Origin: Phoronis australis | Lineage: Eukaryota > Animalia > Phoronida | Assembly (NCBI GenBank): GCA_002633005.1 | Contig: NMRA01000370.1 | Span: forward strand, 124,001-188,000 | Length of the DNA stretch: 64,000 nt | Direction: 5' to 3' | In this document: positions 1-10,815 of the stretch, piece after piece | Layout of the letters: each line of letters opens with the position of its first letter | How positions within the stretch are numbered: position 1 is the stretch's first letter | The notes under the pieces: model-generated | Seen by the model: only the letters and a program-made list of their open reading frames with translations | What the model was told of the DNA's origin: nothing | Databases searched by the model: none | Made by a program: the position numbers and the translations under genes

Positions 1-133
1 TGACATTACCGATCTGCTGTTAATTGGGTTATATGACCTTGTCTTTAATAACGCTTAGCGCGGCTGTTTCGAAAGTCAGCTATTCCCTTAGCGGACCACT
101 GAAATTAACCATTCCGCTCTCCTTTGACATGTT

Positions 134-280
134 ACACTGTGGGTGTGGTCTGATATCCACAAGTAACACTGTGGGCGTTGTCTGATATTGACAAGTAGCA
201 ATGTGGGCGTGGTCTGTTATTGACAAGTAACATTGTGGGCGTGGTCTGATCTCGACAAGTAACACTGTGGGTGTGGTCTG
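134..280. repeat. 32-bp tandem minisatellite, about 4.6 copies
   Basis: Unit ACACTGTGGGYGTGGTCTGATATYGACAAGTA repeated with a few substitutions. It explains the repetitive ORF 80..265. Confidence 0.9.
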
Positions 281-1864
281 CTATGACTTGTCAGTTTTTC
301 TCAAGCCTTGAAATTATTTCCAAGTAAGGTACAAGACGAGACTGGTTTTATATCAGTACGTTGCCTTAATGAAGCCGTGAGTTTGATGGAACGCATAGGT
401 TTATTGCCGCTTTACCCTCCAAAATCATCGTTTTTCTGTTTTTCAAGCACTGTGAATAATTGAGGCCTACTTCTGTATTGCTTTGTGGCAGTGGAAAGGT
501 AAAGTGATAATTATTATGAAGGGAAGTTTTTCAATATCGATTTTTGTTCAAGGGTTGACATAAAGCTTTCTATGTATGTTCCTTATTTATTAATAAGTGC
601 TAAATAAGCAAAGGATTTCCTTTAATTCATTTTTTAGTAGTTGGTGTGAGTCCATTCTTGGGGCCCATATCTTTGAAGACACAACTACAGAAACTTAATG
701 TAAAGATTAAATTTTTCATAATTTCATACAGTCAAACAAGGTATCTTGACTGAGTGTCAGTTCAACAAATATCTTAAGGAATGTAGTACCCCTAGTGGGC
801 AATATGCAAACTAAAAATTCAGCTCTACAGTTAAGGACCCCATAGAGGCGGCAATGTAGCCTAGTGGCATAAGTGTCTATTTCCTTTACTCGAGATCGTG
901 TATTCAAGTCCCACTGGCACACACTGCTAGACCCTCAAATCAGATCTCCAGCTCCTCAGCTCGGTTGTAACTATCCATTAATAAAGCATAAAAATGGTTT
1001 CAGGTGGTCAATGCACACCCAAGCAGCCTGTGCACATCTGGTACAACGTGTATTAGACAGCTTGCAACTACTTTTTAACATCATCGATCCCATAGCAGAT
1101 CAACCTTTCGAGACTTGCAGTTGTCCAGTTTTCAGTCAGATGACCGCGTCTTCAGGTTGGCTTCCATTTAAGTAATTATGATTGGCTATGTAAGCAGAAA
1201 TGAGTTAGCACTCATGGTATGCGAGGTCAGTTTTCACATCAACAATAACAACAGATGTTGCCTTTTTCACAAATCGTTCACATGTTGTTCGTCTTCGGTG
1301 TTCATTTTGAGAATTGACAGTCTTTTATGGAAACAGTTTCCACCAATTACCTATGCCAAGTCTAGCCTACACGAAGATCGTCACCAAATGCATTCGAGTG
1401 TCCCGTTTGACATACATGGATTGCACATAGATGGGCCACTCAGATGGGGTTTTCTTGGCACATTCCATATAGGAGATAGTCATATTTCTATTCAATTCTC
1501 TCGCGCAGTATATTTTGTGGATAAGAAATGGTAAATGGTTGAATGTTCTTTTTACTGCAACAGCTGCAGGGTTATTTCCGTGACGCGCATGTAGTCTTAC
1601 CCAATGTCAATGCTTTTAAGGATGGGTTCCATTTTTATCATGCTACGGTATAAAGAATGTATATCTTAGTTTCCCTGCCGCACGCATACATAAAAGTACA
1701 AGTTCTTCAAAATACATAGGTATTGCAATCTCACCTATTGTCTTCCGCCTAAAAGTATCATTTGATCCTTTAGTTATAAAGGAGTGTAAAATTGCTCATT
1801 GACTGGCTCAATTTTACCCAATCCCTGTTTGATGTCATGAATGCAATCCAACTAGAGTTCTTGA

Positions 1865-3097
1865 TCACAGTTGAATTTCGGCATTGAATTTGTCGTTATT
1901 GTGATTCACCTCCGGTTTGGTAAACGGCACGGTCTCGTCATTCTGTCTGCCATTGGTCTGTCCGTACATCAGTGAGATGACAGAACCTCCTGATGGCTGA
2001 AGATCCAGTGAATTACAGTTCAAGCGTGTAACTTTTGACGTGTAGGACATCTCGCTGGCACGACGATGGTCGCTCATTTCGGATGGCCATCCCAGGGCAT
2101 CCATGGAACAGCAACGGCAAAGGACCTTGCGACATTCTGTGCGAAAACGCTGTCCGAACAGATAGTACGGCACAAAGTTGATGGCTGAGTTGAGTGTAAT
2201 GAGGAAGTTGGTCGCCTCGCCAAGATTATGAATGGACGGGTTGGTGAAAACGAGGCTTGGGTCAAATGCCCAGATTACACGCGACACCAACGCCGGCACC
2301 TGGCATATGAAGAAGATGACGACAACACCTATGAGCATGATAGTGGTGTCATTGCGCTTCCTGTCGTTGGCGTTAATCTGACGACCTTTTTTACGAGACT
2401 TGTGCACAGCGTAGATGAGGAAGCCATTGAAGACAGCGAGGGCAATGAATGGAACGCCGCAGACAAAAGTGAAGTAGAGCCAGGAATGGAATATTTGACG
2501 AAACGTTGGGCTTTTACCGAATGCTGTGAGCTGCGGAGCGAAGTGTGTGATATTCTTGATGTGGATAGCGTGCGTCTCATACTCAAAGAACTTGGGTATG
2601 TTGAAGAGTAATCCGCTGGCGTAGAGCACACCTATGGTTATGCGTGCCCGCAATTTCGTGCACAAACGCTGCGCTTGGAACGGAAAGCAGATCATGATGA
2701 AGCGGTCTACAGTGAACGCAAGTGTTAGCCACACGGAGGTAACCTGGAACGTGGTGGCGAACGGATGCATCCATGGGAACAGGTGGGCGTACAAGGGGCC
2801 TGTCTGCCATGGCTTCAGATCGGACATTTTTGTGTCTTCTGCCACAATAATGATTGTGAAGACGAGAACGAGTAGATCGCAGATGGCTAGTCCTGTCAGG
2901 TAGATATAAGTGGTCGAGTTGAGAGATTTACGCGTCAACACAACAAGAGAGAGCAAATTACCGACGAGTCCCAAGCAGCAGACGACAATTGTTGCTATGG
3001 CTACTTGATACGTGATCAGCGAATTTTGTTCACCAACATCTCTGTCTTCTGTGAAATTGGACATCGTTATGATGCTCAAATCGTATGTCTGATCCAT
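1865..3097 (-). CDS. Class A (rhodopsin-like) neuropeptide GPCR, FMRFamide-receptor-like; single coding exon, 410 aa
   Basis: Seven hydrophobic segments with class A motifs: TM1 GLVGN, TM2 YLTGLAICD, TM3 SVWLTLAFTVDRF (DRY variant) followed by ICFPF, TM4 FNIPKFFEY, TM6 FFICQVP, TM7 NSAINFVPY (NFxxY variant typical of the FMRFaR/SPR/GPR139-like group), helix 8 FR..CRCC. N-glycosylation sequons in the N-terminus (NFT) and ECL2 (NIT). The ligand cannot be determined from sequence. Confidence 0.93.
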   Translation of the reverse strand: MDQTYDLSIITMSNFTEDRDVGEQNSLITYQVAIATIVVCCLGLVGNLLSLVVLTRKSLNSTTYIYLTGLAICDLLVLVFTIIIVAEDTKMSDLKPWQTGPLYAHLFPWMHPFATTFQVTSVWLTLAFTVDRFIMICFPFQAQRLCTKLRARITIGVLYASGLLFNIPKFFEYETHAIHIKNITHFAPQLTAFGKSPTFRQIFHSWLYFTFVCGVPFIALAVFNGFLIYAVHKSRKKGRQINANDRKRNDTTIMLIGVVVIFFICQVPALVSRVIWAFDPSLVFTNPSIHNLGEATNFLITLNSAINFVPYYLFGQRFRTECRKVLCRCCSMDALGWPSEMSDHRRASEMSYTSKVTRLNCNSLDLQPSGGSVISLMYGQTNGRQNDETVPFTKPEVNHNNDKFNAEIQL

Positions 3098-3312
3098 TAT
3101 GTTAGTACAGAATCCAACTTAAGTTGAGTGTGGCTTGTAATCATTTCCTTTTCTTTCTGCGATTTACTCCTTGTTGAGGGAACTTGAAACTTGCATCGTC
3201 AAGATATGAAACAATTCCCCGTCCCTTGGGGTTGGTCTTCAATAGTCAGATATCAGATGATTTGGCAGAAAACCAGCCCTGTTGATTGATGATCGATGTA
3301 CTCTTTGTTAAT
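3097..3312 (-). promoter_or_regulatory. Putative 5' leader of the GPCR coding exon, with a splice acceptor at 3312/3313 and two uORFs
   Basis: The minus strand reads cattacag|ATTAAC at 3313/3312. uORF1 is 3196-3164 (MQVSSSLNKE*). uORF2 is 3144-3097 (MITSHTQLKLDSVLT*), and its TAA overlaps the GPCR ATG. Confidence 0.5.
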
Positions 3313-4346
3313 CTGTAATGAGCAGACGAATGGTGAACTCAGGTAATTTTACTGGCTCAGACTGACTCGGGAATTGAATGTTTCACAAATTGATAAATTA
3401 GATGCATCTGCATCTCATGGGAAACTTTTTGTCTCGGTAAAAGTAATGGGCTTTAAAAGGTATGATAAAGTCTCGTCAATTTTGGAAAAAATTGCTAAAA
3501 TTTGTATTTTTTCATTTTTCAAAGGCCTCTTACATAGTTATGAATGCCCACAATTTCTCAGAATCATTGCCTGAGGGTGGCTATGGTTTAGATCTTAAAA
3601 GTTTATTTTTAAATAAGATACGTATCACAAAATAAATGCTATAACATTTTAAACATCGGCCATAATTGTGTCCCAAATTGGTGAAGATGTTACTATAAAC
3701 ATTATATTTTGACAAATTAAAATTTTGTCCAATTTTGGCCAACATGGGAATATCGTATCTAAGGGAGTAGGATGTAACTTCCAGGTGCTTCACGCACTGT
3801 TCTCCGAATTGCTGCGGGGAATTTGAAATGTACAACTTTTGCTTGAGGGGCTATCAAGAACAGGACTGATATGATTTTATGAAAAAAAATCAAAAATTGC
3901 ATAAAGAAAAAATGAAATGATAATTTAAAAAACAGTGTCAGTGTTTTGCTCTTCATTTTGGGCATTTAGATTAAGAAAATTTGGATAATTGTTATCGATA
4001 GCATTGTTTTGTTTCGTTTCACTAAATTTTACTGAAAAGACAAGGTCACGTGATCCAATTAATAGAAATTAAATTCTATAGGCTTTCTACTGTCAGAAGA
4101 TAAGTATTTTTGCCAAGTTAAATTCAAAAGTTTTGTACTTAATTTTTAGTGTTCTCACTCGTTGGTATGGTCCAACATACTGATTAAACCAATAAAGTGC
4201 AAGACGAAAGTAATCAGCCAAGATACCATTTTCCACCATTCTAAACATCTAATTTTGTATATAGTAAAAATTACTGGTAATAACTATTGTGGTGGCAAAA
4301 TTTTAATTACAAAATGGCGTAGCCACGTAACTAACTTTCCTGTTAA

Positions 4347-4454
4347 TTCCCCGTCATGCTCAGTCATCAGGGGAGACAACTCTGACAATGAATTTAGCTT
4401 CCGCCCAGCCGTCATGACGGGGAATTCTGGGTCATTTTGTCTGAATGCTTTTGG
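4347..4454. repeat. Dispersed interspersed repeat, with further copies at about 50740-50848 and (partial) about 36608-36650
   Basis: GTCATCAGGGGAGAC.ACTCTG...ATGAATT...GTCATGAC.GGGAATTC..GGTCATTTTGTCTGAAT.CTTTTGG is shared between 4363-4454 and 50757-50848. Confidence 0.75.
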
Positions 4455-6759
4455 TTTGTGCTATAGGTTGTTAGCGATCACACAAAACATTTCCCAGAAG
4501 TCTTTGAGCAGACAACAACATTTAATTTGTAAAGAAGGCCAATTAAAACATAGTGCTAAGAATATGCGTTTTCATGAAGTTTTTGTCTTTAAACTGTGGT
4601 TCATCTTACCACAGACATATACGTCTGTAACCTAGATCAGAGTTATTTGTTCTTGTTTTTCTTGCAGACATGACGTTTAAGTTTCTAGGGCAATAGGCCA
4701 TGAATATCAAAACAAAACAATTAGTGAATCTAACTATTGCACTTTGATGGTGAAGTTATTTGAAAACATATGAGCAATCCATCACCTAAACACAAAACTG
4801 ATTGTAAGGGTTATACTTGGATCTTGATCTACTATTCAAGTCTGAACTTGATTTGTCCATCATTTTTAGAAACTATTTGTTCTAAAAGCATTTTATTTAT
4901 TGCAAGCTATTCTGATGTTAGTGTCTCTTGGACAGAGTGTGATTAATTTGTCAAGCTGTTTATTAATTTATTTGTAAACACTTCCTGTGATTGTGTTGAC
5001 ATCGTTTCTACTCAAACTTTTCTCTAATTAGTTGTGGAACACGAGCGTGTGACTCACAATAGTCTTAAAGCTAACTCTTTCGATATGCACATTTCTTTAA
5101 TTAGTAAAGGGTATCCATTGATTTTTTTAATTATTAAAATTATTTATTAATTATCTTGTGATTGGTTTACTATCATTCTTTTAATTATTACTTAACACAA
5201 GTGATCATTGATATGCAATGCTAAACAACAAATTCAATGAATTCATTTCTGCAAGACTTCTGGCTTAAATGACATTTTCTGCGGCAAACGAAAATGACAT
5301 GATCCATGTTCTCTTCATAGTCTTATTGAATTCTCCGTTGGGAGCAATCAGTCTCTGACCAATCCATATTGCGCAAATGTGGACATTTTAACTCTCATTA
5401 TCCAAAAGCAATCTTGCGCAGAATAAAAGGCTGAGCTAAACTCTCTAATTTGTGATTGCCTCTGATCCATTAATCTATTTTGTCCATGGCTGAAAAGTTT
5501 CCAAGAACATTCTGTTAGTTGATTGGACATCATCTTACTGGAATGTCTTTGTTAGTTGATTGGACGTAGCCTAATGTGAATTTCCTGGTGCCACGTCATT
5601 TCGATTTAGCCAAAATTGAACAGACCACTTCAACTTAACTGATCAGAGAAACTTGCGGTTTCTTTTAATCATTAAATATCAGTTCATTTTTCGATTTTTT
5701 CATTTTCTCCTTCGATCTCCTCAGCTTCTGCTTGAAGGAGTGTGTTTATTCTTTAAAATGAAGGATTAAAGCTGCGTTTCGTCCCGTTCACCTGATTAAT
5801 GAATCGAAATCGAATTAAGCCTTTCAATCCGGTAAAATTGGTCTTATTTTGTGATACTGAGTCTTAGATTTTTGATTATTTTGAATTTTTATTTTGTGTT
5901 TGACTTGGTTTTTCATCTGCTTTTTTCAAATTGTTGTGAAAAATAAAAAGTTGCTATTTTTGATCCATTCTGTAAAAACCTTATCCTATACCACTGTACA
6001 GTGCACTCAGGAGGAATGGCAATCGACTCCAAAGATTTACCCAGGATACGACGTAGGCCAAGTCATGAATTTTCTTTCCTTGAGAAGATTTGGAAAATCT
6101 AGATTTTATGTGTGCAATTGCTTATTATATTCTCAAAAGGATCAAAGACGTTCGTAATTTTTTACTCCCTTGTCCACCATTTAGTGTGTTACAGTGCTTT
6201 CCCACTTATTTCACACAAAACATTTGTCAAAATTGTCATTTTTCAAAGCCGAGATTTTACTGCAGTGTGCTAAACTGATAAGCGTTTACTGTACTTAACA
6301 ACACAAACCAAGCAACTGTTATTCTATGAAGGAGAAAGTGAGCTTAATTTGTCACCACATAAAGGATTACTAATGACATCAGTGAAATGAACATTGCTCC
6401 TGATGTATAGTGTTTCATTATCACCAAGTCACTACATTTAAGAGTCAGATCAATTCACTTTTTGCATGAAACCAAATGGAGACTTACTTGTTAAAAATAT
6501 ATGTAAGCTTACTTACTAGGGGAGGAGTTCAAACGTTTCAGTCGCCTACAATTGGCTTTCGTCAGTGACTGAGCGGCCCATGGCGCTTGTGTTCTTTAGT
6601 ATTAGTTGGCTGTACATGGTAGCTAAGTTGACACCTTGGGATGGTTCAACTTTGACTTCTTGATTTTTGCTTGTATAGTGTTCTGAATTGTGGCAATCTT
6701 ACTCGCCACATTCTTGATAAAATTAACTAAAAAATAGTGACTCTTACACAAAATATGAA

Positions 6760-6796
6760 GTTTAACCAAGGAGTGTACTACACTCCTTGGTTTAAC
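6760..6796. mobile_element. Ultra-short P-element-like palindromic insertion or footprint (23 bp) with a 7-bp TSD
   Basis: GTTTAAC | CAAGGAGTGTA C TACACTCCTTG | GTTTAAC: perfect 11-bp inverted arms, CA..TG ends and identical 7-bp flanking direct repeats. Confidence 0.6.
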
Positions 6797-8299
6797 CATG
6801 GTGTTTTAATTTTTTCATTCCAAGTCACTGCCACTCTTAATAAATCAAGTTAGTGGCAGAGTCATCCCATTCAAGCAATATTGATCTCCATTCAAACAAG
6901 GGTGTTCTTGATTTGTAATTATGACTGCTAACTCAACACATTGAATTACAAAATCCCATATCATTACCGGACTTACTAACTCAAAGCCCACTCACCACCG
7001 CTAAATGTCCATCCCTTCACTCGTTATTTGCAATTCGTGCTCTAATGCTCGTAATAAGCTGACATAGTCACCCTGCCTTTGACATCATAAGCATTGTATG
7101 AGCAATGAGAAATGGGAAATTCTCCACTATTTACGTCGTTTGGGTGTCAGTATTATAGCCGGTAATTATTCCAAATTTCTCTAAACATCTGCCCCACCTC
7201 AGAAACTAAAGAGGTCGATTAAAAACAACAAAAGCTTATCCTTCTGTATATCTAAATTTTCGATCAAGTTCACTTGCTTAACTTATCATACAGCCACAGG
7301 AAGTTTAGCTCCCCTTTCGCCTCACCCCCCATCCAATTACGTAGGCAGTTCCATTTACGCGGATTAAGAAAAGCAGAGCAACTTCACATTACAGGCACCC
7401 GTACTCACTCCGGTTCATTGCTGTCAACTTCATCATCATCGTTTTGTCTGACAAATTGTTAAGTGTTCACTTTGAAAGCACTCATGTTCCTCGTAAAGGT
7501 TTGACTTATCCTTTGCTTATGATAGTTACCTGGTAAATACTGCTTAATATGTCATCAGATGTTTGGTTTGGGAGAATTGAGACTGTGATCTTGTGTCAAA
7601 AACTAGGGTAAAATCTCACCAATACTGACAAAAATAATCAAATAAATGTCAAAAATGTTAATTTTTCACTTTTCAAGAGCTTATAACACTGTAAGTTATG
7701 AATACTCATAAATTTTCAAAGACACTTCCGATGAGAAAGCTTCGCTCATGGAACAGAAACTAAGTTTTTTCTCCACAATTTAACATTCCAGCCCGACCAA
7801 CCAATCACTTCACTATCGGCTATTTTGCTAGAATTGTCCATGAAGGAGGTCCGATGCTTACTTGCGAAACACTTCACTTTTATGGTATTTATGGTCTCGC
7901 GCTGGAAACGTGATGTACAGATTGCTCACCATGGTATTTCCACAAACATGTGGATTGTGATTGGTTGGAATAAGTTAAGTTCATTCATTAGAATGACTCT
8001 GAAAACTGAATTGATTTACACATTAACGTATCTTAGAATTCCCAAGTTTTGCCTATTAACTTGTAATTGGTTTACATAGACATTAAAAATTCAATTACTT
8101 GAAATAACACTGTGGAGTCATTGAAAATTAGTCATGTTTGCAATTATGCAGATGTTTTCAAAGCGGAAAATGAGAATATATTATCTTCAATCAAAATTTT
8201 GTAGTTTTAATTCACCATTTTGCCAAGTTTGAACTGTTCTACATTAAAGACATGTTCTTCTAGGGCATCACACCATTTTCAGATATTATATCCTCTGCT

Positions 8300-9055
8300 G
8301 TGCAGTAGCGTAAAACCTATGTCACACTGAAGTTGATGCATTATCTAAGTAAGAAGGAAGCTTCGTATTTCAATCATATTCTCTATCAAGCTGCAGATAG
8401 AGCATACCCAAGCGCCTGACAAATTTGCTGACCTTGACTGCATTTTCAAGGTCATAGCTAGAAAATAGAGTTCTGCTTGGGAAAATATCGTTTGCGTAAT
8501 ATCTCAAGAATGGAATTTTGGATTTTGTTCATATTTTACACTGAAGTGTAGGTGGTGCTTCTCCATGCGCCAGCTGATATTAATGACCTTGACCTAATTT
8601 TCAAGGTCAAAAAATTAGAATTTGACTTGCTAAGACTGTTGGTGCAACATCTCGAGAATAAAGCTTTACATTTCACACCTTATGTAGAGTATCTCCAGGC
8701 ACCAGTCGCATCTGTTGACCTTGACCTCATTTCAAGGTCACTGAAAAAATAAAGTTTTACATAAAAGATGTCATTGATGCAATTATACTGAAGAAGGAAG
8801 TTTTGAATTGGTTGATGTTGTGTATAACCGAGGTGCTTCTCCAGGCGCTAGTTGATTTTGGCGACCTTGACCTCATGTTGAAGGTGAGAAATATTGAACT
8901 TATGTCATATTGTGCGCATCTCAAAAGTTTTGGGATTTGTAATTGATTGGTCATTTTCGTTTGAAAAATTCGTCACCACATAAAATTTTAGCCTTAAAAA
9001 TGCATAAATCCCAAGGCAGCAGTGGCAATTTGGTCACTCTATGACAAATCCTTAT
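8300..9055. mobile_element. Non-autonomous element with internal ~140-bp modules (Helentron/HINE-like)
   Basis: Four copies of the hairpin motif TGACCTTGACC..ATTTTCAAGGTCA (about 8429, 8584, 8716, 8862), recurring GGTGCTTCTCCA.GCGC..GYTGA, and a 3' hairpin ATTTGGTCACTCTATGACAAAT near 9026-9048. Boundaries are approximate. Confidence 0.55.
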
Positions 9056-10346
9056 GTTTTCATAGTAGATACACTTAAAGTGACTTTAAACAAAACTTAG
9101 TAGTAGACATGGGGTTGGTTGCATATTTTGCCGATAAAAAAAATGAAGCATTTTTAATGCCAAACTCGGTACTAGTAATTATTTCTTACCTTGTCATTGT
9201 TTCCTAACAGCCACGTGCTTGGTAATTCATTCAGTGTCTATGCCGTTCTCTATTACTGTACTTTGTGCAGAGGTCTAATTTCACGTAAGTAAGTGATGGT
9301 CATTAGATACCATCTTGCTATTATCCCTGATGCAGATAATTGAATATCGGAAATCTACGCGGTTTAAATGGATAATCCTTGGTCACAGATTTGCTTGACT
9401 AATTTCAAGCGTTATGGTAAAAAGTTCTTCAGTTTAGGACTATATGGTGAACATGGAGAACTTATCCTCTAACTCCACAAAAATAATATTTCATGAAAAA
9501 AATTCCTTTGATGGGTTGCATTGGTAATTGTTGTGACCAGACAACATTTGGTAAAATTTTTCACTTATTTAGCACACAATGGGAAAAGTGAAATTTTATT
9601 AAACCAAAATTTCCTCTACAAATATCAATACTAAGAAATTTACTAATGATATTACCAGAGAATGATTCAATGTTCCTGCCAACTTTTATGTCCTTATATT
9701 TCTTTTTTAATCAAATTTAGAAAACGACCAAGCACTTTAGTCACACGGTCGATTTTGTACTTGGGTCTTATTCCGATTTTGACGGAATTCTTAAGCAGCA
9801 TTCAGCCCTGCTTTCTGTTAAAAACAAGTTCTGATGTGGTACACTTACCCGTTTTGTCTTTTTCCCTGTTTGCAAAAGCACGGGTTTAAGGAGGTTCAAC
9901 AGTTTTAATTTATCGTTGATTGACACTTAACACCAGTCAGCATCAGTTTTTAGACATCACGTATTCCGTTGAGCCTCGTAGATACCTTGTTATAGGGACA
10001 CGGGTGTCCTTAAAGTCCACAAGTATTGTCTTGAAGATGATCAATGAAATCACTTGTCTTAAATGAGTTAATGTTAAATTGGATCTCAGTGTCTGGTCAT
10101 CAGTCACTCCGCTCAGTATTCCTCGCCAGCTGATCTGTTCTCTTGGTTACAGAACCCCTGGACCGCTGTGTTTTGTCGTTAATTTTTGTTTTAATGAAAA
10201 CTTGACATTCAACATAACCCAAACCAAGGTTATTGGAAGAACGCAGTCTGGTACTGATCAGCTCGAGGGCTTTGTACAGTCATTGTCCGTGATGAAGTAG
10301 AAATGAATAACCATGGCCTTGTTATGCAGAATCTCTTGATATCTTA

Positions 10347-10815
10347 AGGCCCTTTCATACTGACTTAACTCCGGTCTGAACGGAGCGTCGACGTAAACTG
10401 CTAAGTTAACTGAACCGTGCATACCGGCTTCGTTAGTTAACGAACATCGATAAGATGTTGCCATCATTGAAGTAATTGCAAGGTGGCGCTGGTGCATCGC
10501 CTCCACGCAAAGATTTTTTTAATTTGACTATTTGAGAACATTTACATATGCTAATTGACATAAAACTTTATTTCTACTTCGATCGGTGATTAGTTGAGCA
10601 AAATAGAAGCAACTGTCAGCGACGACACTGCCCTTTAATTGTTGACGATGGCAGTGGCCCCTGGCACTAACTTCGATGAGACTGGAGTTGACTGTTCATA
10701 CCACACCGCAGCTGTTTGCTGGCGCTGTTAACTTTGATCCAGGATCAAAGTTAAATGTTCATACTGACTGCAACTCCCCAAAAAACAACGCATCGACGTT
10801 AGTGTGAAAGGGCTT
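10347..10815. mobile_element. PIF/Harbinger-like MITE, copy 1
   Basis: TIRs AGGCCCTTTCATACT / AGTGTGAAAGGGCTT with TTA on both flanks. Internal perfect palindrome TTAACTTTGATCC-A-GGATCAAAGTTAA at 10728-10754. An inverted homologue lies at 29179-29682. Confidence 0.75.

Noticed and set aside
2074-2903. Several 60-127 aa ORFs overlapping the GPCR on both strands
   Set aside because: Shadow ORFs of a GC-richer coding region, with no recognisable motifs.
6002-6052. Plus-strand AG/GT-bounded open segment, one of several exon-like candidates (also about 16182, 30522, 36164, 36469)
   Set aside because: None translates to anything recognisable as GTF3C1 or chains convincingly in phase. Such matches are expected by chance.
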